Source of the DNA: Macrostomum hystrix
Taxonomy: Eukaryota; Animalia; Platyhelminthes
DNA: 64,000 bases
NCBI GenBank assembly: GCA_950097015.1
Contig: CATNEN010000001.1
Location: forward strand, 22,444,001 to 22,508,000
Direction of reading: 5' to 3'
Notes under the pieces: model-generated
Databases searched by the model: none
Told to the model about the DNA's origin: nothing
What the model saw: the letters and a program-made list of their open reading frames with translations, nothing else
Part shown: positions 24,105-37,226 of the stretch, one piece after another
Layout: each line of letters opens with the position of its first letter
Position numbering within the stretch: the stretch's first letter is position 1
Made by a program: the position numbers and the translations under genes

Positions 24105-27100
24105 ACTGTCTCAGTATCTCACTGTCTCAGTATCTCACTGTCTCACTGTCTCAGTATCTCACTGTCTCACTGTCTCACTGTCTCAGTATCTCATTGTCTC
24201 ACTGTCTCAGTATCTCACTGACTCACTGTCTCACTATCTCACTGTCTCACTGTCTCACTATCTCAGTATCTCACTGTCTCAGTATCTCACTGTCTTAGTA
24301 TCTCACTGTCTCAGTATCTCACTGTCTCAGTATCTCACTGTCTCAGTATCTCACTGTCTCAGTATCTCACTGTCTCAGTATCTCACTGTCTCACTGTCTC
24401 ACTGTCTCACTGTCTCAGTATCTCACTGTCTCAGTATCTCACTGTCTCAGTATCTCACTGTCTCACTGTCTCAGTATCTCACTGTCTCACTGTCTCACTG
24501 TCTCAGTATCTCATTGTCTCACTGTCTCAGTATCTCACTGTCTCAGTATCTCACTGTCTCACTGTCTCACTGTCTCAGTATCTCACTATCTCACTGTCTC
24601 ACTGTCTCACTGTCTCAGTATCTCACTGTCTCACTGTCTCACTGTCTCACTATCTCACTGTCTCACTGTCTCACTGTCTCACTGTCTCACTGTCTCACTA
24701 TCTCACTGTCTCACTGTCTCAGTATCTCACTGTCTCACTGTCTCACTGTCTTACTGTCTCACTGTCTCACTATCTCACTGTCTCACTGTCTCACTATCTC
24801 ACTGTCTCACTGTCTCAGTATCTCACTGTCTCACTGTCTCACTGTCTCACTATCTCACTGTCTCACTGTCTCAGTATCTCACTGTCTCACTGTCTCACTG
24901 TCTCAGTATCTCATTGTCTCACTGTCTCAGTATCTCACTGTCTCAGTATCTCACTGTCTCACTGTCTCACTATCTCACAGTCTCACTGTGTCACTATCTC
25001 ACTGTCTCACTATCTCACTGTCTCACTGTCTTACTATCTGACTATCTCAGTATCTCACTGTCTCAGTATCTCACTGTCTCAGTATCTCAGTATCTCACTG
25101 TCTCAGTATCTCACTGTCTTAGTATCTCACTGTCTCAGTATCTCACTGTCTCACTGTCTCACTATCTCACTGTCTCACTATCTCACTGTCTTACTATCTC
25201 ACTGTCTCAGTATCTCACTGTCTCAGTATCTCAGTATCTCACTGTCTTAGTATCTCACTGTCTCAGCATCTCACTGTCTCACTGTCTCAGTATCTCACTG
25301 TCTCACTGTCTCACTATCTCACTGTCTCACTGTCTTACTATCTGACTATCTCAGTATCTCACTGTCTCAGTATCTCACTGTCTCAGTATCTCACTGTCTC
25401 ACTATCTCAGTATCTCACTGTCTCAGTATCTCACTATCTCACTATCTCACTGTCTCACTGTCTCACTGTCTCAGTATCTCACTGGCTCACTGTCTCACTG
25501 TCTCACTATCTCAGTATCTCACTGTCTCAGTATCTCACTATCTCACTGTCTCACTATCTCACTGTCTCACTATCTCACTATCTCACTGTCTCACTATCTC
25601 ACTATCTCACTGTCTCACTATCTCACTGTCTCACTGTCTCACTATCTCACTGTCTCACTATCTCACTGTCTCACTGTCTCACTGTCTCACTGTCTCACTG
25701 TCTCACTGTCTCAGTATCTCACTGTCTCACTGTCTCACTGTCTCACTATCTCACTGTCTCACTGTCTCACTATCTCACTGTCTCACTGTCTCACTATCTC
25801 AGTATCTCACTGTCTCAGTATCTCACTGTCTTAGTATCTCACTGTCTCAGTATCTCACTGTCTCAGTATCTCACTGTCTCACTGTCTCACTGTCTCACTG
25901 TCTCAGTATCTCACTGTCTCACTGTCTCACTATCTCACTGTCTCAGTATCTCACTGTCTCACTGTCTCACTGTCTCACTGTCTCACTGTCTCAGTATCTC
26001 ACTGTCTCACTGTCTCACTGTCTCAATATCTCAGTATCTCACTGTCTCAGTATCTCACTATCTCACTGTCTCACTATCTTACTGTCTCACTATCTCACAG
26101 TCTCACTGTGTCACTATCTCACTGTCTCACTATCTCACTGTCTCACTGTCTTACTATCTGACTATCTCAGTATCTCACTGTCTCAGTATCTCACTGTCTC
26201 AGTATCTCACTGTCTCACTATCTCAGTATCTCACTGTCTCAGTATCTCACTATCTCACTATCTCACTGTCTCACTGTCTCACCGTCTCAGTATCTCACTG
26301 TCTCACTGTCTCACTGTCTCACTATCTCAGTATCTCACTGTCTCAGTATCTCACTATCTCACTGTCTCACTATCTCACTGTCTCACTATCTCACTATCTC
26401 ACTGTCTCACTATCTCACTATCTCACTGTCTCACTATCTCACTGTCTCACTGTCTCACTATCTCACTGTCTCACTATCTCACTGTCTCACTGTCTCACTG
26501 TCTCACTGTCTCACTGTCTCACTGTCTCAGTATCTCACTGTCTCACTGTCTCACTGTCTCACTATCTCACTGTCTCACTGTCTCACTATCTCACTGTCTC
26601 ACTGTCTCACTATCTCAGTATCTCACTGTCTCAGTATCTCACTGTCTTAGTATCTCACTGTCTCAGTATCTCACTGTCTCAGTATCTCACTGTCTCACTG
26701 TCTCACTGTCTCACTGTCTCAGTATCTCACTGTCTCACTGTCTCACTATCTCACTGTCTCAGTATCTCACTGTCTCACTGTCTCACTGTCTCACTGTCTC
26801 ACTGTCTCAGTATCTCACTGTCTCACTGTCTCACTGTCTCACTATCTCAGTATCTCACTGTCTCAGTATCTCACTATCTCACTGTCTCACTATCTCACTG
26901 TCTCACTATCTCACAGTCTCACTGTCTCACTATCTCACTGTCTCACTATCTCACTGTCTCACTGTCTCACTGTCTCACTGTCTCACTGTCTCAGTATCTC
27001 ACTGTCTCACTGTCTCACTGTCTCACTATCTCACTGTCTCACTGTCTCACTATCTCACTGTCTCACTGTCTCACTATCTCAGTATCTCACTGTCTCAGTA

Positions 27101-30100
27101 TCTCACTGTCTTAGTATCTCACTGTCTCAGTATCTCACTGTCTCAGTATCTCACTGTCTCACTGTCTCACTGTCTCACTGTCTCAGTATCTCACTGTCTT
27201 ACTGTCTCACTATCTCACTGTCTCAGTATCTCACTGTCTCACTGTCTCACTGTCTCACTATCTCACTGTCTCACTGTCTCACTGTCTCACTATCTCACTG
27301 TCTCACTGTCTCACTGTCTCACTATCTCACTGTCTCACTATCTCACTGTCTCACTGTCTCACTGTCTCAGTATCTCACTGTCTCACTGTCTCACTGTCTC
27401 ACTATCTCACTGTCTCACTGTCTCAGTATCTCACTGTCTCACTGTCTCACTATCTCACTGTCTCACTGTCTCAGTATCTCACTGTCTCACTGTCTCACTG
27501 TCTCAGTATCTCACTGTCTCACTGTCTCACTGTCTCACTATCTCACTGTCTCACTGTCTCAGTATCTCACTGTCTCACTATCTCACTGTCTCACTGTCTC
27601 AGTATCTCACTGTCTCACTGTCTCACTGTCTCACTATCTCAGTATCTCACTGTCTCACTGTCTCACTGTCTCACTATCTCACTGTCTCAGTATCTCACTG
27701 TCTCACTGTCTCACTGTCTCACTGTCTCAGTATCTCTCTGTCTCACTGTCTCACTATCTCACTGTCTCACTGTCTCAGTATCTCACTGTCTCACTGTCTC
27801 ACTGTCTCACTATCTCAGTATCTCACTGTCTCACCGTCTCACTGTCTCACTATCTCAGTATCTCACTGTCTCACTGTCTCACTGTCTCACTATCTCACTG
27901 TCTCACTGTCTCAGTATCTCACTGTCTCACTGTCTCACTATCTCACTGTCTCACTGTCTCAGTGTCTCACTATCTCACTGTCTCACTGTCTCAGTATCTC
28001 ACTGTCTCAGTATCTCACTGTCTCACTGTCTCACTGTCTCAGTATCTCACTGTCTCACTATCTCACTGTCTCACTGTCTCACTGTCTCACTGTCTCACTA
28101 TCTCACTGTCTCACTGTCTCACTGTCTCACTGTCTCACTGTCTCAGTATCTCACTGTCTCACTGTCTCACTATCTCACTGTCTCACTGTCTCACTATCTC
28201 ACTGTCTCACTGTCTCACTATCTCAGTATCTCACTGTCTCAGTATCTCACTGTCTTAGTATCTCACTGTCTCAGTATCTCACTGTCTCAGTATCTCACTG
28301 TCTCACTGTCTCACTGTCTCACTGTCTCAGTATCTCACTGTCTCACTGTCTCACTATCTCACTGTCTCAGTATCTCACTGTCTCACTGTCTCACTGTCTC
28401 AGTATCTCACTGTCTCACTGTCTCACTGTCTCAATATCTCAGTATCTCACTGTCTCAGTATCTCACTATCTCACTGTCTCACTATCTTACTGTCTCACTA
28501 TCTCACAGTCTCACTGTGTCACTATCTCACTGTCTCACTATCTCACTGTCTCACTGTCTTACTATCTGACTATCTCAGTATCTCACTGTCTCAGTATCTC
28601 ACTGTCTCAGTATCTCACTGTCTCACTATCTCAGTATCTCACTGTCTCAGTATCTCACTATCTCACTATCTCACTGTCTCACTGTCTCACTGTCTCAGTA
28701 TCTCACTGTCTCACTGTCTCACTGTCTCACTATCTCAGTATCTCACTGTCTCAGTATCTCACTATCTCACTGTCTCACTATCTCACTGTCTCACTATCTC
28801 ACTATCTCACTGTCTCACTATCTCACTGTCTCACTATCTCACTGTCTCACTGTCTCACTATCTCACTGTCTCACTATCTCACTGTCTCACTGTCTCACTG
28901 TCTCACTGTCTCACTGTCTCACTGTCTCAGTATCTCACTGTCTCACTGTCTCACTGTCTCACTATCTCACTGTCTCACTGTCTCACTATCTCAGTATCTC
29001 ACTGTCTCAGTATCTCACTGTCTTAGTATCTCACTGTCTCAGTATCTCACTGTCTCAGTATCTCACTGTCTCACTGTCTCACTGTCTCACTGTCTCAGTA
29101 TCTCACTGTCTCACTGTCTCACTATCTCACTGTCTCACTGTCTCACTATCTCAGTATCTCACTGTCTCAGTATCTCACTGTCTTAGTATCTCACTGTCTC
29201 AGTATCTCACTGTCTCAGTATCTCACTGTCTCACTGTCTCACTGTCTCACTGTCTCAGTATCTCACTGTCTCACTGTCTCACTATCTCACTGTCTCAGTA
29301 TCTCACTGTCTCACTGTCTCACTGTCTCACTGTCTCACTGTCTCAGTATCTCACTGTCTCACTGTCTCACTGTCTCACTATCTCAGTATCTCACTGTCTC
29401 AGTATCTCACTATCTCACTGTCTCACTATCTCACTGTCTCACTATCTCACAGTCTCACTGTCTCACTATCTCACTGTCTCACTATCTCACTGTCTCACTG
29501 TCTCACTGTCTCACTGTCTCACTGTCTCAGTATCTCACTGTCTCACTGTCTCACTGTCTCACTATCTCACTGTCTCACTGTCTCACTATCTCACTGTCTC
29601 ACTGTCTCACTATCTCAGTATCTCACTGTCTCAGTATCTCACTGTCTTAGTATCTCACTGTCTCAGTATCTCACTGTCTCAGTATCTCACTGTCTCACTG
29701 TCTCACTGTCTCACTGTCTCAGTATCTCACTGTCTTACTGTCTCACTATCTCACTGTCTCAGTATCTCACTGTCTCACTGTCTCACTGTCTCACTGTCTC
29801 ACTATCTCACTGTCTCACTGTCTCACTGTCTCACTGTCTCACTATCTCACTGTCTTACTGTCTCACTGTCTCACTATCTCACTGTCTCACTGTCTCACTA
29901 TCTCACTGTCTCACTGTCTCAGTATCTCACTGTCTCACTGTCTCACTGTCTCACTATCTCACTGTCTCACTGTCTCAGTATCTCACTGTCTCACTGTCTC
30001 ACTATCTCACTGTCTCACTGTCTCAGTATCTCACTGTCTCACTGTCTCAGTATCTCACTGTCTCACTGTCTCACTGTCTCACTATCTCACTGTCTCACTG

Positions 30101-31605
30101 TCTCAGTATCTCACTGTCTCACTATCTCACTGTCTCACTGTCTCAGTATCTCACTGTCTCACTGTCTCACTGTCTCACTATCTCAGTATCTCACTGTCTC
30201 ACTGTCTCACTGTCTCACTATCTCACTGTCTCAGTATCTCACTGTCTCACTGTCTCACTGTCTCACTATCTCACTGTCTCACTGTCTCACTATCTCACTG
30301 TCTCACTGTCTCACTATCTCAGTATCTCACTGTCTCAGTATCTCACTGTCTTAGTATCTCACTGTCTCAGTATCTCACTGTCTCAGTATCTCACTGTCTC
30401 ACTGTCTCACTGTCTCACTGTCTCAGTATCTCACTGTCTTACTGTCTCACTATCTCACTGTCTCAGTATCTCACTGTCTCACTGTCTCACTGTCTCACTA
30501 TCTCACTGTCTCACTGTCTCACTGTCTCACTGTCTCACTATCTCACTGTCTTACTGTCTCACTGTCTCACTGTCTCACTATCTCACTGTCTCACTGTCTC
30601 ACTATCTCACTGTCTCACTGTCTCACTGTCTCAGTATCTCACTGTCTCACTGTCTCACTGTCTCACTATCTCACTGTCTCACTGTCTCAGTATCTCACTG
30701 TCTCACTGTCTCACTATCTCACTGTCTCACTGTCTCAGTATCTCACTGTCTCACTGTCTCACTGTCTCAGTATCTCACTGTCTCACTGTCTCACTGTCTC
30801 ACTATCTCACTGTCTCACTGTCTCAGTATCTCACTGTCTCACTATCTCACTGTCTCACTGTCTCAGTATCTCACTGTCTCACTGTCTCACTGTCTCACTA
30901 TCTCAGTATCTCACTGTCTCACTGTCTCACTGTCTCACTATCTCACTGTCTCAGTATCTCACTGTCTCACTGTCTCACTATCTCACTGTCTCACTGTCTC
31001 AGTATCTCTCTGTCTCACTGTCTCACTATCTCACTGTCTCACTGTCTCAGTATCTCACTGTCTCACTGTCTCACTGTCTCACTATCTCAGTATCTCACTG
31101 TCTCACTGTCTTACTGTCTCACTATCTCAGTATCTCACTGTCTCACTGTCTCACTGTCTCACTATCTCACTGTCTCACTGTCTCAGTATCTCACTGTCTC
31201 ACTGTCTCACTATCTCACTGTCTCACTGTCTCAGTGTCTCACTATCTCACTGTCTCACTGTCTCAGTATCTCACTGTCTCACTGTCTCACTATCTCACTG
31301 TCTCACTATCTCAGTATCTCACTGTCTCACTGTCTCACTGTCTCACTATCTCACTGTCTCACTGTCTCAGTATCTCACTGTCTCACTGTCTCACTATCTC
31401 ACTGTCTCACTGTCTCACTATCTCACTATCTCAGTATCTCACTGTCTCACTGTCTCACTATCTCAGTATCTCACTGTCTCACTGTCTCACTGTCTCACTG
31501 TCTCACTATCTCACTGTCTCACTGTCTCAGTATCTCACTGTCTCACTGTCTCACTGTCTCACTGTCTCACTATCTCAGTATCTCACTGTCTCACTGTCTC
31601 ACTAT
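24105..31605. repeat. 7.5-kb 8-bp satellite built from TCTCACTG, TCTCAGTA and TCTCACTA variants
   Basis: Direct array; rare variant units recur in blocks. Confidence 0.98.
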
Positions 31606-32132
31606 TTTCACTAGTTTTAGTCACTAGTTTTAGCCAGCTTTTCCAGGGCAGCAAAATGTAAACAGAAAATTATCCTAGTAGTCTGCTATTCAGTAGCCCG
31701 AGCTGTCAATCACGATTCGAATGCATAATCGAAATTAAAAAGCTGAAGTGGAGCAAGCAAAATGACCAAACAGCACAGCTAGCTTTGTAGTGCTAGTGTT
31801 ATACAGAAAATGGAAGCCATGTGCTTTCAGTGTGAGCGACCTTGGCGGGGAAATCTTAACTCCCCCCCCCCCTACGGTCGGACCATTCCCGGCGCGGCCG
31901 TGACTGCCCGGGCTTCAGCGAGGGAAGGAAACAATCGCGCCATCGTGAGGACGCCCGCTTCCGTTTGACCAGCAATGTACATTTAGGGTGTGAAAGTAGT
32001 GCAGCATCATTTAATAAAACGCTTGACGAACTCCAGCAATATACTAGTGCAATTGTGACAGTTCAATTCTAGTGCTCGACTAGGGAAAGCCAGAGAGACT
32101 GAAAAATAATCGCAGAATCGGTGGAACAAAAT

Positions 32133-32278
32133 GAGAGTGACAGAATGAATGACAGAATGAATGGCAGAATGAATGACAGAATGAATGACAGAATGAATGA
32201 CAGAATGAATGACAGAATGAGAGTGACAGAATGAATGACAGAATGAATGACAGAATGAATGAAAGAATGACAGTGACA
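32133..32278. repeat. 12-bp repeat (GACAGAATGAAT)n, interrupted by the gypsy element and resuming degenerately at about 36842
   Basis: Visible tandem copies on both sides of the insertion. Confidence 0.85.
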
Positions 32279-32282
32279 TAAT

Positions 32283-35200
32283 TGTCATGCCGTAGTCTAA
32301 TAGCACTCACGTATCGCTTTGCCGGTATGTACATATGTACATAATATGTACATATCACTAACTCTCGCTCACTATGTACATGCCCCCCACGCGCACGTTG
32401 ATCGTCGGTTGCACGTTGAGGCAAATATATAAATACTGTCTCGCCCTACTTGGAGGGCTCACCTTTTTCTTCGCACCTCACACAGCGTGACTCTTGAGCT
32501 ATTACATTGGCGTCGCAAGGCCGAACCATGGCCTTCCTACAACTGCCTCCACCAGCCCACTTTAGCATCAGAGACGACCCTCACTCTGTAAGCAAGCGCT
32601 GGCAGGAGTGGTCGACAAACCTTCTGCGGTACCTGGCGGCAACCGGCATCAAAGATGAGACGCAGAAACGCCAGATCCTTCTGTATACGGCAGGCAAAGA
32701 AGTGAGCGACCTGTACAACGAGATCGCCACCCAGTCGCAGCAACAAGAAGGCGAGCCCGCAGCCGAGCCCACGGTCGACCAGCTGATCGCACAGTTCAGC
32801 ACGCACTTCCAAGGCCGCGATAACGTCGTCTTCATTCGATACCAGTTTCGCCACTGTCTCCAGGAAGAAGGCGAATCCATAGACGCTTGGCACAGCAGAC
32901 TGTGGAGCGCCTCGGAAGCCTGCAAGTTCGAGGGTCTCCGCCAGTCGCTCATCAGGGACCAAATCGTGGCCAGCTGTCGCAGCGAGTCACTGAGGAAGCG
33001 CCTGCTGAATATCCCCAACATCAGCCTGTCGGACACTCTCCAGCTGGCCAGGACGCACGAGGCAGCAGAGAAGCAGGCGGCCATCATGACCAGGACAGCG
33101 GCAGCCTCTGAGGAAGTGGCGCAACTGCGCCGCCAGCGCCACCCGCTGCCGGAACCTTCGCGTGAGTCGCAGCAATTTGCTAAGTGCATCCGGTGCGGCG
33201 AGCTGGGCCACAAAAGCTGCAGCAGGGCGCAAGGCAAGCGATGCAGCAGCTGCGGCAAGGCCAACCATCTGGCCAAGGCCTGCCTCAGCAGCCGCTCGAA
33301 GATTAACTCACTGCAGCCCGAGCAGGACCAGTCAGCCGACCAACCACCCAACGAGGTGTTCTGCACGCTCAGCGGCAAGGACGACAGCGCCAAGTTCGTC
33401 ATCAGAATCAACGGCAGTCCGGTCCGCACACTGATCGACAGCGGAGCGAGCTGCAACGTGTTGGACATGGCGACGTTCCACAGAATCTGCCGGCCCGGCA
33501 CGCCGCTTTCGCCGTCCAGCACCACAGTCTTTGCGCTTGGTGCCAGCGAGCCACTGAAGACAGCCGGCCAAACAACGCTCACTGTCAGAGCGAACCACCG
33601 CGAATTGCAGGCCAATTTCATCGTCATCAGCAGCAACTGCACACCGATTCTCGGAAGATCGTCCAGCACAAAGCTCGGCATGCTGAGAGTCGGACCTGAA
33701 GTCAGCACGAACTCTGCGGTGGTGGCCAGCCTAGCTAAGCCGGCCAGCAGTGAGGACCAGCACCTGCCCAAGCAGCTGCAACTTCAGACAATCCTGGCGG
33801 AATTCAGCGACTGCTTTCAAGGCATCGGATGCGTGAAGGGAGTCAGCGTCACTATCAGGCTCAGGGCGGATGCCACTCCAGTCTGCCAGCCGCCATCCCG
33901 AGTGCCCGTTCACCTAAGGAATGCTGTAATCAAGGAGCTGGAAGATCAACTGGCACTGGGAATCGTCGAACGAGTGCGTGGTCCAACAGCCTGGTGCTCC
34001 AGGATGGTCGCAGTTCCAAAGGCCGAGCAGGGCGAGGTTCGCATCACCCAGGACCTCCGCGAGGTGAACAAGTACGTCATCCCAGAGAAGCAGCCTATAC
34101 CCACATTCGAAGAGGTGACGGACGAGATGGCGGGCGCGACGTATTTCTCGGAGCTGGACGTCGCCAAAGCCTTCCACCAAATTGAAGTCGCCGAGGAGTC
34201 TAGAGACCTGCTAACGTTCTCCTCACCCATCGGGCTCCTGCGGCTGCGCCGGCTCTGCATGGGCTTCACATCCGCTTCCGAGATCCTCCAGCGGGTGATG
34301 ACCTCCGTCCTGAGCGGCCTCCCCGGCGTCCGCTGGGTGCACGACGACATCCTGGTGTACGCGAAAAACATTGAAGAGCACAACCAGCGCCTGCGAGACT
34401 GCCTGGCCCGGTTGAAGGCTAGCAACATCACGTTGAACCCCAAGAAGTGCCGCTTCGCCCGGCCAGAGGTCGACTTTCTCGCCATGCGGCTCTCTGCATG
34501 CGGCATTCACCCAAGCGCCGAGAAAGTAGCGGCCATCAACAACTTCAAGCGGCCGACCAACGCAACCGAGGTGCGCTCCTTCCTCGGCCTCGTCACCTTC
34601 GTGGCGCGCTTCATCAGCAACCTGTCTGACAGGGCCCGGCCACTCCGCGAGCTGACAAGGCAGGCCGCCGAGTGGACGTGGGGCGAAAAGCAAGAGGCCG
34701 CATTCAACGACATCAAACAGACGATCGCCAGCAGCCACGCGCTGGCATTCTTCAATAGTGAGCTGCAGACTCAGCTGATCGTGGACGCCAGCCCCACGGG
34801 TGTCGGCGCCATCCTTGCCCAAGTCCAGCCAGACGGATCGACGCGGCCGGTGGCATACGCGAGCCGCAGCCTCAGCCCGACCGAGCAGCGCTACTCCCAG
34901 ACGGAGCGAGAGGCCCTCGCGGTGAAGTACGGCGGCCTGAAGTTCTACCACTACCTCAGCGGGGGTGGCAGTTTCAAGGTCATCACCGACCACAAGCCGC
35001 TGATATCCCTGTTCAGCACGGGGTCTCGGCCGCCACCCCGCATTGAGCGCATGGCGCTGCGACTGCAAGACCTTGTCTTTCGGGTCGTGTACCAGCCCGG
35101 CGCCGGCAACCCGTCTGACGTCCTGAGCCGCCAGCCGCTGCCAATGCCACCAAACAACGTCGGCGAGCAGGCGGACGCGATCTACGTGGCCACGGCAGTC

Positions 35201-36839
35201 CAAGCTGCCACTCCGGTGTCCATCAGCCTGGGCACAATCAAGGCGGCCTCCGAACGAGACGGCACGGTACAAGCAGCGCTACACGCCATCCGCGGCCACC
35301 AATGGGACAAGAGTGACACGTGCCTGCAGGGACTCCATGGCGTATCCCACGAACTATCCGAGCTGAACGGCCTGCTGCTGCGCGGCAGTCAGCTGTACAT
35401 GCCGACGACTCTGCGATACCGGTGCATGCAGCTGGCCCACCAGGGACACCAGGGCGTCAAAAAAACGCTCGACCGCTTGCAAGCGAAGGTCTGGTGGCCA
35501 GGCATGCGAGCATCCGTGGAGGCGCACGTAGCAGCCTGCACCAGCTGCCTGACCTGCACCAGCGAGACCTCGCCGAAAGCCACGCCGCTAAAGCCGACCG
35601 AACTGCCGGAGGGCCCCTGGCTCGAGCTGGGGCTCGACTTCCTAGGACCGATAAACGGCAAGTCGCTGCTCGTCTGTACGGACCACTTCTCCAGGTTCCC
35701 GCTCGTGGAGGTCATGGCCAGCACCACCGCCTCCGCCGTCATCAACGTGCTACGCCGGTGGTTTAGCATCTTCGGGCAGCCGACAAAGATGACCACAGAC
35801 AATGGCCCACCCTTCGCATCGGCCGAGTTCAGCAGCTTCCTGATGGATCAGGGCGCTCGGCACCATCGGATCACGCCTCTCTACCCTCAGGCCAACGGCG
35901 CAACGGAGCGGTGCAATCAAGGGCTGAACAAGGCTATCCGCGCAGCGATCGTCGAAGGCAGGGACTGGACACTGGCCCTGGACGAGTACCTGGCAGCGTA
36001 CAGACGCACTCCGCACTGCTCCACGGGCGTCGCGCCGGCCAGTCTGTTATTTGGCAGGCAGATCAACGATGTGATCCCGAGTCTCCGACACTCGCAGCCC
36101 GTCGACGCGACTCGAGCGGCCATTGCCGACAGCGACAGACAGGCCAAGGAGGCTATGAAGCGGCACGCCGACCGACGCTTCAGAGCCGCCGACCACGGCA
36201 TTCACGCCGGCGACCGCGTCCTCAGGCGCCAGCAGCCCCGGCAAAAGACGGACGCCTTCTACGAGTCGGCGCCGTGGACCGTGGCCGAGGTGCAAGGCGA
36301 CTCCCTGCTCATGCAGCGCGACGACGTCGTCTGCCGCAGGCACGCCACGCAGGTCAAGCGGCTGCCCGGGCAGCCTGAGCAGTCCGATCAGCAGCCGCTC
36401 GAACCTCCCGACGCCCCTGAGCTCACGGAGCCAGTCGCAGCCCGGCTCCACCCACGGCGGGCGAAGGACCCAGAGAGGAACTACAGAGAACCCGACCTGC
36501 GCAGAAGCTGAATTGCTTGATTGACAGACTTAAGTTACAAGGACTGTTCTAAAAACAATTATATTGTTGCCTGCTACTACTTCTTTCATTTTATTCCCTT
36601 AATTTTTCATCCACTTGAGGAGGACTGTCATGCCGTAGTCTAATAGCACTCACGTATCGCTTTGCCGGTCAATCTAATATGTACATATCACTAACTCTCG
36701 CTCACTATGTACATGCCCCCCACGCGCACGTTGATCGTCGGTTGCACGTTGAGGCAAATATATAAATACTGTCTCGCCCTACTTGGAGGGCTCACCTTTT
36801 TCTTCGCACCTCACACAGCGTGACTCTTGAGCTATTACA
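32283..36839 (+). mobile_element. Full-length Ty3/gypsy LTR retrotransposon (Mag-like architecture)
   Basis: LTRs 32283-32506 and 36626-36839 (TG...CA), 5-bp TSD ATAAT on both sides, PBS TGGCGTCGCA at 32508, PPT GAGGAGGA, single gag-pol ORF. Confidence 0.96.
32528..36511 (+). CDS. Gag-Pol polyprotein (Gag with two Zn knuckles, protease, RT, RNase H, integrase)
   Basis: CIRCGELGHKSC, CSSCGKANHLAKAC, LIDSGAS, VHDDIL, VDAS..YSQTEREALA..TDHKPL, HQGHQG..CTSC, LDF..TDNG..NGATER; uninterrupted. Confidence 0.96.
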   Translation: MAFLQLPPPAHFSIRDDPHSVSKRWQEWSTNLLRYLAATGIKDETQKRQILLYTAGKEVSDLYNEIATQSQQQEGEPAAEPTVDQLIAQFSTHFQGRDNVVFIRYQFRHCLQEEGESIDAWHSRLWSASEACKFEGLRQSLIRDQIVASCRSESLRKRLLNIPNISLSDTLQLARTHEAAEKQAAIMTRTAAASEEVAQLRRQRHPLPEPSRESQQFAKCIRCGELGHKSCSRAQGKRCSSCGKANHLAKACLSSRSKINSLQPEQDQSADQPPNEVFCTLSGKDDSAKFVIRINGSPVRTLIDSGASCNVLDMATFHRICRPGTPLSPSSTTVFALGASEPLKTAGQTTLTVRANHRELQANFIVISSNCTPILGRSSSTKLGMLRVGPEVSTNSAVVASLAKPASSEDQHLPKQLQLQTILAEFSDCFQGIGCVKGVSVTIRLRADATPVCQPPSRVPVHLRNAVIKELEDQLALGIVERVRGPTAWCSRMVAVPKAEQGEVRITQDLREVNKYVIPEKQPIPTFEEVTDEMAGATYFSELDVAKAFHQIEVAEESRDLLTFSSPIGLLRLRRLCMGFTSASEILQRVMTSVLSGLPGVRWVHDDILVYAKNIEEHNQRLRDCLARLKASNITLNPKKCRFARPEVDFLAMRLSACGIHPSAEKVAAINNFKRPTNATEVRSFLGLVTFVARFISNLSDRARPLRELTRQAAEWTWGEKQEAAFNDIKQTIASSHALAFFNSELQTQLIVDASPTGVGAILAQVQPDGSTRPVAYASRSLSPTEQRYSQTEREALAVKYGGLKFYHYLSGGGSFKVITDHKPLISLFSTGSRPPPRIERMALRLQDLVFRVVYQPGAGNPSDVLSRQPLPMPPNNVGEQADAIYVATAVQAATPVSISLGTIKAASERDGTVQAALHAIRGHQWDKSDTCLQGLHGVSHELSELNGLLLRGSQLYMPTTLRYRCMQLAHQGHQGVKKTLDRLQAKVWWPGMRASVEAHVAACTSCLTCTSETSPKATPLKPTELPEGPWLELGLDFLGPINGKSLLVCTDHFSRFPLVEVMASTTASAVINVLRRWFSIFGQPTKMTTDNGPPFASAEFSSFLMDQGARHHRITPLYPQANGATERCNQGLNKAIRAAIVEGRDWTLALDEYLAAYRRTPHCSTGVAPASLLFGRQINDVIPSLRHSQPVDATRAAIADSDRQAKEAMKRHADRRFRAADHGIHAGDRVLRRQQPRQKTDAFYESAPWTVAEVQGDSLLMQRDDVVCRRHATQVKRLPGQPEQSDQQPLEPPDAPELTEPVAARLHPRRAKDPERNYREPDLRRS

Positions 36840-37226
36840 ATAATGAGTGACAGAATGAGAGTGACAGAAAATGTGTCATTTAATGAGAGCAACAGAACAG
36901 GTGTGACAGAATAAGAGGGACAGAATAGGCGTGAAAGAGTTAATGAAGGACAGACAAAATTGAAGAGGTAGAACGAGGCGAATTTGGAGGGAGAAGAATT
37001 AAATGCAGATCAGAGAGAAGATGAGAGAACGAACGCGAAGTTCGGAGCCATTCAGTTTTGCTAACCATGATTCGCATGTTGATATTTTTACTTAAAGTAG
37101 CAATCGACGCATTTTATATTCTTTTACGTTCTTTTATTTTAACGAGACGCCAGTTAAATTGTATGTTAGAGCAAAACATATCCAAAAAGCTCTTTTTAAA
37201 GTAGCGATCTAAATTATTCGTAATTT

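Noticed and set aside
24018-31614. SHCL/SQYL-repeat ORFs
   Set aside because: Translation artefacts of the 8-bp satellite
32581-35272. Long antisense ORFs (396 and 349 aa) in the gypsy element
   Set aside because: Expected shadows of GC-rich coding sequence; no motifs
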